Both the position numbers and the translations under genes were made by a program. A model generated the notes under the pieces. It saw only the letters and a program-made list of their open reading frames with translations, did not search any database and was not told the origin of the DNA. Below, one piece after another: positions 39,810 through 53,601 of a stretch of DNA of 64,000 nt. Numbering within the stretch: position 1 is the stretch's first letter; every line of letters starts with the position of its first letter. Location: positions 1-64,000 of the forward strand of contig CT868541.1 of NCBI GenBank assembly GCA_000165425.1, given 5' to 3'. Source of the stretch: Paramecium tetraurelia. Taxonomy: Eukaryota.

Positions 39810-40421
39810 TCATGACTTGGTAACATATAAAGATATTCTTGTCTTCTAGAAAATAATATAAGTTATATTTACCAAGGATAAAATTTATTCTTGTTGCTAT
39901 TTGATCAAACTCTCGCCGGATTTGATGGCTTGATATTTTTATTGTTTCTCTTGAATGAGGAGCTTCATCATTTATTATATTTTCTCCTGATTCTGAGCAT
40001 TCAGCTTCTTCTGTTCTTCATTACTTTGTGATGGTACCATTTAATTCACGATACCTGATAATTGGTCCATTTTCTCTTTTGTTTTTTGAGTTAATTGTTT
40101 TTTAGGAAAAAGTAAAAGGGAAGTTGATTTCAACTTAGAAAGAATTGAAATACATTTTTAGACTGTTTCATTTGCATTTTACGATGAGAGTGTTTGATTC
40201 TACAATTTGAATGTCTGCGAGAATTAACTTTTGTGATGGATAACATGAGTTGATTATTGATGAATACTGCTTTTTTTTGAATTCCCAGGAGATGATTTGA
40301 ATGTGATAAATGTTTAAGACTGGCTTGCTTTTGGAGTTCTTGTGAAATTAGTTGCTAATTTGATTTCATGCTAAGATTAGAGACAAGACTTGTCAAATTT
40401 ATCAAACCTGATTAGTTTCAT
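39810..40421 (-). CDS. Hypothetical protein with a C-terminal coiled coil
   Basis: MKLIRFDKFDK..., two tiny introns, ends ...KTRISLYVTKS*. Confidence 0.6.
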
Positions 40422-40711
40422 ATAATTAGTAAATACTTTAATTATAATTAGATTGTAAAATAAAATTTAAAAAGATTAATTTATACATAAGATCTGAAAA
40501 AAGTACTATAGAGTTAAATTATATCAAATCTTTAGTTAAAGTTGAAATATACATATAAAATATACTAAATTGAATTATGAGGGAATTAACAATCCTGTAT
40601 TAACCATTGATTGTAATAAAAGAGATATCAGAGAACTTAACTCTATATACTGAATAATTTACAAATACCATATATATATATAAGAATCTTTCAAGACTGA
40701 TAAATTTTATT

Positions 40712-42056
40712 TCATTATTATTATTTTAATTTTTATAATGCTCTTTACTAATAATGAGCAATGTATTCCTTTGCTGGACAATATCTTTGTCTTTTTGGAG
40801 TGTATTCCGTATTCACCAGACTTTTATATTGAGTATCATATTTCGGACTTCTTCCATAATCATTGATTTTATCACTCTCCAATTTTGGATTCTTTTGAAT
40901 TCTGAATGGTTGATATGCCAATTGAGTTTAAGATTACGAGACAAAGGGTTATCCGGTAGGTAAAGGAGTTCTTAAATAATTCATTTCATTACAATTCAGT
41001 GACCATCTTTAACGAATCACTGGGTTTTTAATAGGGTTTGTTTGCAAATGAGTCTTAATACAAAGATTGGGCTGTGAATGGGATTTGATCACTCACACTT
41101 TAATGAACAGGTCTTTTAAAATGAGCAGTTTCAGGTGGTCCCCAAAATTTAAATTGAGTCTAAATATCACTTTTAATAAGTTACTTTGTAACTACTGTTG
41201 CCCAAAAAATCGCCTCGATGCTCTTGAGATTATGGTCTAAGCATTTCTTATACAGGCACTTTGAATTGTTTGTATGATGTCTATATAGATTTTAGATAGG
41301 TTACTTAATGCAAACTTTGTTGATCAATCGGTTTTTGATTGCAAAATTGAGTTGAGTAATACGTTTAATTTAATGGTCTTAGAGCATTGAATCCTGTTTG
41401 TTTATGTAGGAAATCCTTGCCATAAACAGTATTTTGAGAAGAGGAATAATTCAATTTACAAGTTTTAGAGAAATTACATTTACACTAACCACATTCGCAT
41501 TTATAACAAGCACAAAATCCTTGAAATTAATTCATTCCAAATACCTAATTAATGATGGAAATAATCTGGATTGTCATTGATTAGCTTAGGAATGTTGACG
41601 CTTTAAATGTCTGGCAAAATTAATTTCCAAATTGGATGATCCAATGGAATTTCATCCACATAATTGTATTATTAATTGATTGGTTAAAAGTCTTCTATCA
41701 AATTTTCTTGACTCTTAAATCGTAATAAACTTTCTGATTTTGGAGTTCTAAGTCTGGATGCAGCTTTTTCTCGAGTTTCAGGTCTTTCCTAGACGACTTA
41801 AGTTCCACTTTTTTATTTTGATTATTGAGTGTCTGGTCGTGCCTGCATAAGAGACTTGCAAGTTTCAATTATTTATTCCTCCACATTATTGTCTGGTTAT
41901 CTAATGATTCTCGAACCCAAACCAGTTTATTTTCTCAAGACTTGATATTTGACCAATCTTGGTTTATTTGTAAAGTTTTAACTATTGTTCGATTAGAATG
42001 TATATAATTTAGTATTTTCTAAATATGTTAATAAAACTACATCCTTGCGAGCTCAT
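40712..42056 (-). CDS. SAXO/STOP-like microtubule-binding protein
   Basis: Cys motif FCACYKCECGQCKC followed by Mn-like repeats (NTVYGKDF, NSSYKTQF, QSLYQDSF, SQTQLAY, KSLVNTEY). Five tiny introns. Confidence 0.75.
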
Positions 42057-42340
42057 TAGATATTTCTTAATATATTTATTAAATTTATTTTCTTCTTTTT
42101 TTCATTATATTTTATATCAAAACATGCTTATTAAGTATCTTCTAAATTTACTATATCAACATCTACGTATAATGGATATTGAAACAAGATTGTCTGAAAT
42201 ACATCTTTATTTGGATTTTGAATTACATTTTATTAGAGAAATATAAAGAATACGCATCTGACATACAATAATCTAAATCTAAATTGACTAATATTCAAAT
42301 TTATGTATTATTGAGTTTAGTCTAAAAATTATATATATAA

Positions 42341-43133
42341 ATGATTATTTAACATAAATTGCCTGGATAATTGAATACAGAGAAAAATCAAATCTCCCCT
42401 AATCACCATTTCTCAGAATATTTTACAGAATTTAAAAATAAAAGGTACTGCAAAGCCAAAAGAATAAATCCTCCTCAGGAATTTAAAGATAAAAATCCAA
42501 TGTTCAAGCTGGAATCAACTAAATAAGTATTTGCATTAACATTCACTTAGATAGAATACTATGATAAAACTACCCATCACTTAGTAAGACCGCAAACTGC
42601 TTGCCTTCCAGATAACAAAAGGATTAAAGAATGCTTTTCTCATAATACTACTTATCAAAAATTGCATGATGAAAAACCAAATTGTATTGCTACAATTTAT
42701 CGTTTATTAGTCGATGAACCATACTAATTGAAGTTGGATTATCCTTAAACTATAATGGAAGGAACTAAATTAGATGCATCATCAGAGTATCAGAGATAAT
42801 ATCGATCTTTGACTCCTGAAAAAGACCTAATTTTTGGAGGAAAAAGCATTTTCAAGTAATTCATCCATCTCTTACAACTCTAGTAATCCAATTAGTCCCA
42901 ACGTAGCATTATTTCGATAGAGTGAGTCACATAGGTTTTTTAAATCTATAAAAATTAAATAACATAGAATAGTCTAACCTTCTTTAGCCAAAAAACTTGC
43001 ATTAGATACTTCCTTAACAATACCCAATATTCCAACTTTCTTGGGGCAATATGAAACTGTTAGCAAACGAGATTTTTCAGAGAAAAAAATCAAAGAAATC
43101 CCAAAAAGATTTAAATTTAATCAGCAAAATTGA
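42341..43133 (+). CDS. Mn-motif repeat protein (SAXO-like microtubule inner protein candidate)
   Basis: Spaced motifs SEYFTEF, ESTKQIEY, NTTYQKL, SSEYQRQY, SESHRFF and ETVSKRDF. Two tiny introns. TGA at 43131-43133. Confidence 0.6.
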
Positions 43134-43274
43134 ATTTCAATTATATCTTAACTAAAATACAAATATTATTTTATATTTTTTTGAATTCAATTCAAAATCT
43201 AATCAATATATAAATTGTAGAAATCGTTATTGTTTGTAGATATTTATTAAATTAGTTTTTCAAGCTAGAGAAAA

Positions 43275-44250
43275 ATGAAATCAAAAGACATAGAGCAAAA
43301 CAGCAAAGTCAATAATATAAAAACAATTCCAATCGATTCAGCGTAGGATTGCAAGAAATACTAACATGCTAATACTTAAATTTATCAGTAGTAAATCAAC
43401 CATTCCTGCATAGAATCAAACAAGCATTTCTCAGTCCCAAATTATTACAAAAGTTTTTAAACTCAGAATATTTAGTTGTATTTGCCTCTACGTGTTAAAA
43501 CAGTAAGGGATTAACTGTTAGTAGAAAAAGAAATTATTGAGAAGGTCTACTAATTCGAAGATTCAACAGAGTGGTTCAAAGGTATATTAATTATGCAACT
43601 CAAATTTGGTTACTGTAAATATTACAAGAAGAAGCAATATTATTATGAGGATATTTTTGTTGTGGACTCAAACTTGGAAAAGGTCTGATTGTCTATGAAG
43701 ATGGAACACATTACGTAAATATTATACTTAATTCTAGTAAGGAGACTTTTTTGCTGACAAAATTCTTGGGGATAATTGTACGTTTCAAGACTTTGAGGAT
43801 GTATGCCCCAAAAACTAAAAATTGTAAAAAACAACAAAATTAGAATTTCCTAACGGGGCTATTTATGAGGGTTAGTTTTTAGATGGGAAAAGACATGGAA
43901 AAGGGATATACACTTGGAAGGATGGTATTAAATATGAAGGACAATTTGAAAATGATAAAATCAATGGATTTGGAATCATGGAATATACCGATAGTCGAAA
44001 ATACAAAGGGGAATGAGTGAATGGAGAGATGGAAGAGTTTGGACATTTTATATGGCCAAACTCAGAAGTGTATAAGGGATCTCATCACTAAAGTAAGAAA
44101 AATGGATTTGGAGTGTTTAAATATTTTAGCGGAATAATATATTATGGAGGATTTGTTAATGGGTTGAATCATGGTACTGCTGTCCTAATGTAATATAATC
44201 ATCACCTAAAATTTCAAAGCAGGAGGAAGGTTTATAAATAGAATGAATAA
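43275..44250 (+). pseudogene. MORN-repeat protein pseudogene
   Basis: MORN units (YEGQFLDGKRHGKG, YEGQFENDKINGFG). In-frame TGA at 44014-44016 replaces the conserved Trp (YKGE*VNG), and there are further disruptions upstream. Confidence 0.7.
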
Positions 44251-44718
44251 TAATTTCACAATATTTTATTTCTTTTTAGTTTATTAAAAAATTCCTTTTT
44301 TAAATTTTATCAATTAGTTGACAACATTTTTTTAATATTCAATCATTGGATTGGATGTAACTTTCAAAATAAAATCAATACTCAGATTTCAAGCTATTTA
44401 CTAAATCAATTTTATAAATAAGATAAGTCAATGAATTGGAAGATATACTTGGGAAAATAGACCTAATTATAAATAATGGGTTTTATTAACAATAAATTGA
44501 TTTGATATATTTATGATAGTTTTTAAACAGATATTATGGAAATGGTTGAATCAGAATATCTTACTTAATTTGTATACTTATATTACATATAATTATAAGT
44601 GCAAGAATCTCATAGGTGGATTGTATGAACATTTAACACATAATTTAAGAATTATATATTTGATGTAAAGATGAAAGATGATGTTGTCTTGATTTATGAG
44701 TTTTGTGTTAAATAATTA

Positions 44719-45861
44719 TCATATCTTAATATTCGAAAAATCAGCACTTTTAACAACCTTTTCAGCTGATTCAGCAACTTCTTATTCTCTGATATACTCG
44801 TTTTTCATGTCTTAATATATTTTAGTTTCTTCAGCATAGCTATCATTTTCTATGTTTAATTGGGATTAGAATCTTTATCTGTCTGCATCTCTTTAAGCTG
44901 AGTATTCTGTTAATTCATTGATTTTAGCTAATTATAACATTTGAGATAGATACTTATGGTTGCTTCTAAATCGACTGTGATTTTGCTGATTTATTTACCA
45001 AATTCAGAAAATTCATGATCTAATTATTCAACTCTTTCCTCGAATTCTTTTTAATTTTCGGCTTCTTATGCTGTGGCATCATTGATTGCATCTACAATTG
45101 CATTTCTAAACTCATTCAATTTATCTAAGATAGTTCCAACAATATCTTAATTTGAGAAATTTTATTCATTTGCTAATTAAATTAAAGCCTTTATTAATGG
45201 TCCATGTTTGCTGTGAGCTCTGATTCTTTGTTCAATCATGTTTAATTGAACATGAATTTTTCTAATATTTGATGTTGAAACTTATTCAAGGGATTAGTTT
45301 CTTAAACTGTAAAGTAATTACAAAGCTTGATCTGTTGATTCAACAGCTAAATTATAATCTGCAAGTTGAGCTTCGAATTCTTCTTTTTCATTTTCTCTCT
45401 TTAATTCTACTTCAGCCAAAGTCTTTCTAGATGAATGTAATTTAATATTTATACCTATTAGCCTCTTAATAGTCTTGAATTTATTCAATTTTGTTTTTTA
45501 GGTTTTCTCTTCTTGGGTAAAGTAAGTTTTCAAGAGTGTCTTAAGTTCTTTGATAATCAACGAAAGCCTAATTGATTTCTTATTCCAAAGTTGTCACGAT
45601 TTTGTGATGTTCATTAGTTCTTTATCCAAAATTAAATTCCAAAACATCTAATTCCTCTTATAAATCAGCTACTAAGTCTTCTATAGCCTAGACTAACTCA
45701 TCAACAGGTCCTTATGATTATGAATGCAATGCCATCATAGATAACAAAGTTTATCCCCATTTAGATTTATGCAAGTCTTCCACATGCTTATGAATTGTTT
45801 TTTTATCGAAATGGGCTGCCAAGCTGAAAGTTAGCAATAATGCTATGATGATAACCTTCAT
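44719..45861 (-). CDS. Trichocyst matrix protein precursor (TMP/GRL family)
   Basis: Signal peptide MKVIIIALLL; pro-region KWGQTLLSMMALHSQSQGPVDELVQAIEDL; basic linker KHGPLIKALIQLA; acidic coiled coils; two tiny introns. Confidence 0.85.
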
Positions 45862-46626
45862 TAATTTATATATAAATTAAAAACGAATTCTAAAGCATTT
45901 TATTATTATTATATTTTTAACTTACTTCAATTTACTACAATGATTAAATCATATTAAACCCAGATAAATTGGACATATGTTTGTTAACTTAACATCTATT
46001 ATTATTAAAACGATAGAACTCAGGTTAGTCTTAAGTAAATTTTCATAAGAAATCTAATTAAGATGGAAATCTAGTAATCACATATCTATAAAATATTAGT
46101 AGAGGAATAAGAATGTTAAATTTTGATAGTAAATTTTCGAGAAAGAAGTCATTAATCGTAATTAGATTAAAATTATTTTTCTTGTCAAATTAAATATAAC
46201 CGTTAATCAGTAATTAACCAAATCTACAAAGTGAATATCTTGTATTCATGATCATACATGAATGTTGTTTAGTAAAATTGGAATAGTAGAAAATTGATTC
46301 AAAAGATTTTGAAGAAATATTTAGCTACTAATGGAAGATTCAACTTAGCAATAATCTAAAAATTAATCAACATAGTTTATTATAATATAAGTAGCTAAGA
46401 GTTAGATTTGGATTTAAGTAAATTGTATAACAATCTAAATCAAAATATTGTAGATTTAAGATGAAGTAATAATGCTTGAATTGACTTCTACAATTTTTCA
46501 TCACAAATCAAATAAAATAATCAAACAAAAGCATCAAAAAAGGATATCTATCTTTAATCTATAAAGTAAAATAAAATCATAAGTTTGTTCATTCATAGAA
46601 TGAAGATCTAAAAGATCTAAGTGATC

Positions 46627-47520
46627 TCATTTATTTATTATGAATGAATTGTCTTTCTGAGTTGTTGTTACTGAGTATTATTTTCTCCTATTATTCAAAC
46701 TATATTTTTCTAGGAGATATAAAATAACTATTTTTATTTATTTTTTTCATTCTTTCTTTCAGGAGTTCAAATTTTTTTTCATCATCTTCCTTAATCTTCT
46801 AATTTTTTATGATTTTTCTGTGTTAAAATATTTTGTGTATATCTTCCTTGCATCTTTGATTACTCGCATTCTTATTATGAGGTTAAATGATTTTGTTATT
46901 ATTACTGCTATAAATGCTTGGTTCATGCCTTATCATTGTGCTTTTGCTTCTCTAGATCTTGCTTTTTTCCTCTTCCAAAAAATTTAAACTTTAACTTATT
47001 AATTAGTAGATAAGTTTCCCTAAAGAATTTTGCTATTGAGGTATTAAATGATAAAGCTTTTTGCACAAAATAATATTTGCATAATCAATTTTCTTCTCGA
47101 TAATAGTCTCCACCATCTAGGGTAAACTGCAGCTCATCAATAATTGAGCCAAAAGCCAATCCTATATTTTTACTCCTTTAACTAACAAGATGAAAGCCTG
47201 AACACATAAGAAAACATCTGTCGCAGGTTTTGCAATCTAAGTTTCAATGAAAAAACTATTACAAGAAACTTGTTTTTATTTAGTTATCTAGCCAACTATC
47301 TCAAAGTTTCCTAAGACATTTGCAAGATAATTAATATTATAAAAAATAATCCAAATAGAAATTATGCATTATGTGAGACATTTGAATCCATAATTGCAAT
47401 AAACACCTTGGAACCATCATTCCAATTAATATCAATCAAATAACTAATTATTTGGATAGTTTTTCTTTGTATATTAAAATTATATCAGCAATAATGAGTC
47501 TTGCAATTCGTATTATGATA
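46627..47520 (-). pseudogene. Probable degraded coiled-coil gene
   Basis: Frame ...KPATDVFLCVQAFILLVKGVKIQDWLLAQLLMS...KHNDKA*TKHLQQQQ has in-frame TGAs with no clear rescuing introns. Boundaries approximate. Confidence 0.35.
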
Positions 47521-47675
47521 ATATAATCACCAAGATTTATTAATTAAATGCTAAATACATATTAGATATGAAGTAATTAAGATGATGAAAAATAAGAAGA
47601 CTTTTATAAAATAAGGAATGAATTAAAGATGATGATTAAATGTAAATTAAGTTATTATCAATAAAATTAAATAAA

Positions 47676-48702
47676 TCATTACAATTTATTGAAATAAATA
47701 ATTAAATCAATTACGATGATTGTCATATTGTCTTTTTTATAATTAGTTTATTATTTTTATGCTGATTCTAGTAGATATTGTGAAAGACCTTCTTTCTCTT
47801 TAAAATTCTCCCAATTCATGAGAAGATTCTGAAGTGTTTAGATGGTAATGACATCCCAAAAACCATCGGTGGCTAGAATTAAATATTTAGAGTTTTCGGT
47901 CAACTACAATTTAGTGATTTCAGGGATGGCAGTTAATCCATGTTCTACGTACTTTGGATCACCAAAAGATCTGCTTACTGCCAATTCTCCATTAATTCTA
48001 GCCTAATTTCTTTTTAATTGTGTTTATACTTAATGGTCAAAACAAATCCGTGGTTGTCAATAATTCTTTTTGACTCATCCACTCTATCAGGCTTATGTTC
48101 CTAATTTAATTTAGTGATTTAGAAATCTTTATCAATCAATACGCAGGCACTGTCACCAACATTGATTACAAATAACTCTTTACCTACATTGATAACACAA
48201 AGAGCAGTGGAGCCTCCGTCTTTCATCAACAGATGTTACTATTTCAGAATGTCAATATTCATTTAATTAAAACCTAATTTATATAAGGGTTATCAATACT
48301 CTCTAAAATGGCCTACTCAATATCAACATTGAAAAACTAATTATTTTTCAAACGATAGTGCAGTTGTTCTCGAAGTAACTTGGACACATATGACCCACCA
48401 TGCCCATCAAAGACCCCAAAATAAAATTACTATTATTTTCCATCAAAGTCTGCGATGGCTTAAAACTAGTCAGTTATTGCAATTACAACATACCCTATCT
48501 TCCATAGTGATTCTTCCACATCTTTTAGCACTAACCTCACCATAAGTTATATTGTCGATCTTTAATTACATCGAAATAGTCATAATATTCCCTCAGATAG
48601 CCAATAAAAAGTATACTTGCCATCACTGTCTAAGTAAGGGGAAGTTTTCTCTGAAGAACTCGAGCTCGTTAATTCGATTTTTAACTTATAAGTCTTTTTC
48701 AT
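47676..48702 (-). CDS. Protein phosphatase 2C (PPM family)
   Basis: TMEDR, FGVFDGHGG, GGSTA, NVGDS, GELAVSRSFGD, ILATDGFWDV and DNMTIIVIDL. Several tiny introns; the first exon junction is uncertain. Confidence 0.92.
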
Positions 48703-48737
48703 GCAGTGCAACCAATTTATAAAATAATAATATAAAA

Positions 48738-50228
<1,491 letters not shown>

Positions 50229-50238
50229 AAATTTATTA

Positions 50239-51420
50239 ATGGCCCAATTGACTCGTATCAGTTCAAGTTTGAAAATGGGAATTGTGGGCATGGCCAACGT
50301 CGGTAAGGTAACATAATTCAATTCTATGAAGAGTTCTACATTCAACATGTTGAGCAAACAATCAGTGCCAGCTGAAAACTTCCCATTTTGCACCATTGAT
50401 CCAAATTAAGCAGTAGTCAAGGTCCCTGATCCCAGATTTGATTATCTATGTTAGATTTTCAAACCCAAGTCACAGGTCTTCTCTACTCTAAGTATTATCG
50501 ATATTGCAGGGTAATCATGAAAATAATAATAGTTTAGTGAAAGGAGCATCTGAAGGATATGGATTAGGAAATGAATTTTTGGCTCACATCCAAGCTGTTG
50601 ATGGGTTGTATCAGGTTGTGAGAGCATTTGAGAAGGAGAAAATTGTACATACTGAAGGCACCATGGATCCAATAAGAGATTTATAGATTATTTCAGAAGA
50701 ATTAATGGCCAAGGATTATCAGTTTGTTTCAAAGAGAGTCGATGAATACAGCAAAAAAATTAAAAAGTATGAAGCTAATAAAAATGTTTCAGTCGAAGCC
50801 AGAGAAATGGTAGAATAATATAAAGTCTTACAAAAATGCGATGAACTATTGAAAAAGAAATAATGGGTTCGATATCAAAAATGGACTGATTAAGAATAAA
50901 TACAATTAAGGAAAATTTAATTATTAACTGCAAAGCCATCCATTTACTTAATAAATTTATCCAAAGAGGATCATGATGCCTATGCAGCTAAGAAACAAAA
51001 TAAGTATGCAAAACCTATTGAATAATGGGTATCCAAAAATAGTCCAGACAGCAAAATAGTCTATTACTCTGTTGAAAATCAGGACGAATAATAATTATTA
51101 GATCAAATTATCATTGCAGGATACGATTTATTAGGTTTGATCAGATTTTTCACTGTTGGTTCTGATGAAGTTAGAAGTTGGACTGTCAAGAAAAACATCA
51201 AAGCACCTCAAGCAGCTGCTGTCATTCATTCAGATTTTGAAAAAGTATTATTTATAATAATAAGGGATTTGTTAATGCTGAAGTCATGTCTTTTGAAAAA
51301 TTCAAAAAGCTTGGGGATAATGCTTTGGATGTCTATGAAAAGAAGTTTTCAAAAGAAGGAAAAGATTACATCGTGAAAGACGGTGATATTATCCACTTTA
51401 AAACCAAGTCATTTAAATGA
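50239..51420 (+). CDS. OLA1: Obg-like ATPase (OLA1/YchF family), divergent paralog
   Basis: [78 protein letters not shown] and YIVKDGDII. Three tiny introns. Confidence 0.9.
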
Positions 51421-51504
51421 GTCTAAGTGTTTGTTTATATTTATAATTGTTAATTTAGAATATTATAATAGTCTTATATCTTATACTTTTGAACTATATA
51501 GATA

Positions 51505-53488
51505 TCAAATAAAGTCTAACTTTTATTATTGCTACTATGCTGATTGTTATGGTTATGATTTTTAACCTACTGCCAAATTAAGTATATTGTCAAATTCATT
51601 TTCTGGTTTCTTTTATTAATTAGAAATATCTAAAATAATAAATCAATGTTACTGCTAATGACTGGATATTATTACTAAGGGAATCCCTATTATTGATAGG
51701 GTTGATTCTATTAGTATGGGATAGGTTAAGTTGGTTATTGTTAGAATGCTTAATACTTCATTTGTTGTTATCCAAACTATTATTGTTGATATAATTATTG
51801 TAACTTTTAATAGAATAAATTATTACATTTTATTATGGGGGATATTACTACTGAGGGGGATATTGTTGTTATTAAGGAGGATATTGTTATTAGGGTGGGT
51901 ATTATTATTAAGGAGGGTATTATTATTATTAAGGAGGGTATTACTATTGTTATTAAGGAGGGAATGCGTTCAAAGCAGAATAATTGGATTATTGTTGAAC
52001 TTATGAAATAGGGGGTTGCCCATAAAGTTAGGATTGAATTGGTTATTATCCAAATTACTAAACTGGAGGTATTTATGAAATTGGTGGTATCTATGAAATA
52101 GGGGGTATTTATTATTATTATTGAGTGATTGTTTGTGGCACTTATTATTATTATTGTTATGGTGAAGGACCAGTCATATCGACTTCAAATAAATCAATTC
52201 TTAGAGACTATAAACATTCAAATTTTACATGTTTTATTATTTTTCAGGTTAAACAGCCTATGTTGGTTAAGGTCCCTTCTATTATGCGGCTGGTTTTGGT
52301 TCATCATACTCAAATAAATTTAACAAGTCTATCTATTGAGGTTTTGGCTATATAGGTTGTTGAAACTGTTAGGGTTGTGATTATCCGGGAGGTGGAATAC
52401 TAAAGGGATTTTATTATTATTGGAAGGGGGCTTGTTATGCAATTTGTGGTTGGGGTTATGGTTGTGGAAGGACTTGTTATTATGGTTATTATGCTTGTTC
52501 TGGTCTGAACGGATCAGGTTTTTTGTGCTTCTTCAACACTTCATATCGAGCAAAGGTCTAATAAATCATAAAACAGGTGTACTTTAAGTAAATCATCATT
52601 CAATTCTAAGCAAAAGTTCATCAAACCCTCATCGTTGTTTCCCATGTCAGTGATCAAACTATTTATAAGTAAAATAGGGTACTTTCTTAGCTTTTCTTCG
52701 ACTCCTCTCAAAGTGGTGATCATATCTTTGAGGATTTCGTTCTTGCTTGCATCTTCTTGTGGATTTGCATTGTCAATGATTTCCTAGGGTGAATAAATTG
52801 GGATACATTGGTCAAGGTGATGTTGGATTTGACTATTTCTAGATCACGTCGGAGTTTATCGTTTTTGGAGCTGCCCTTGTTATATTAAATAGGAATTCTT
52901 ACAGATCCTAAACTGTTTGTTCTTGCTCCTGAAGAGTATGCGGGTTGTGGCTTTCTGAGTACTGCATATTTGCTATCGTAATTATGGGGTATTTGATCTA
53001 AAAAGCAGATGCTAGAAGACAGTTACGTTTAGGAGTGATTTTTTGCAAGAATTGGAAGAAGGCAGGAAATAGATCCTGGTGTGATTGCATAAGTGACTTG
53101 AGTACTGCGATCACTTAGAGTAATCTTTGCTACATCTAATGGGTGTAAATGAGTGAATTACTTGGGCATTCATTTGTGGGTTGAGGAGGGTATTGAGTCT
53201 TTGAAGAAAGTCATTGGTAGCAATCTGAGTGTAGAATGGTGTTTCGCAAGTGAAAGCAAGATATTCAATAAGCTCCATAGTGAGGGCTTGCACCTTGCCA
53301 TTACGAAGCTGCATGAGTCTCTTGCCTATTGCCTAGACTGCAAATTTCGATCTATGGTTTGAATTACAATCTTACTAGTCTGCTCTTAGGTTGACAAGAT
53401 CAGCCACCTATTTCATTAGTTTCTAATCCGGCATTTAGAGTGTATCCGCAGTCGCCTCATTGACTGCTCTCTCGATAGGATTCTCCAT
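51505..53488 (-). CDS. VHS-GAT domain protein (TOM1-like) with a long Q/P/N-rich tail
   Basis: MENPIERAVNEATADTL...KVQALTMELIEYL (VHS); GAT-like helices ...LELNDDLLK; several NPF/NPY motifs in the tail. The 3' end is approximate. Confidence 0.8.
51830..51962 (-). repeat. Coding tandem repeat (about 18-21 nt) encoding (Y)PPQQQQ
   Basis: Repeated tattattattaaggagggta-like units, i.e. TAC CCT CCT TAA TAA TAA on the minus strand. Confidence 0.85.
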
Positions 53489-53601
53489 CTTTTTTTAATT
53501 TAAATTTTACAAAATACTAAAATGAGGGGGGTATAGAAGGAAGAAGTGTCAAACAGAATAGTAAGAGAGATATTTTGTATATATATAAATTTTATATAAA
53601 A

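Noticed and set aside
45940..46643. Plus-strand gene overlapping the 3' end of the neighbouring minus-strand locus
   Set aside because: No consistent frame could be built and both loci look degraded, so a coding overlap is unsupported.
43981..46920. In-frame TGA at Trp-like positions (44014, about 46462, 46477) as TGA readthrough or selenocysteine
   Set aside because: These loci carry other disruptions, intact genes here use TGG for Trp and TGA only terminally, and no SECIS was recognised. Pseudogenisation is the simpler explanation.
48594..48630. Possible GC-AG first intron in PP2C (gcaagt donor)
   Set aside because: A 35-nt GT-AG intron or a downstream ATG explains the frame equally well. 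This cannot be decided without cDNA.
51731..52006. Plus-strand Leu/Arg-repeat ORF (LLLLRRVLLLL)
   Set aside because: It is the antisense reading of the PPQQQQ repeat in the VHS gene.
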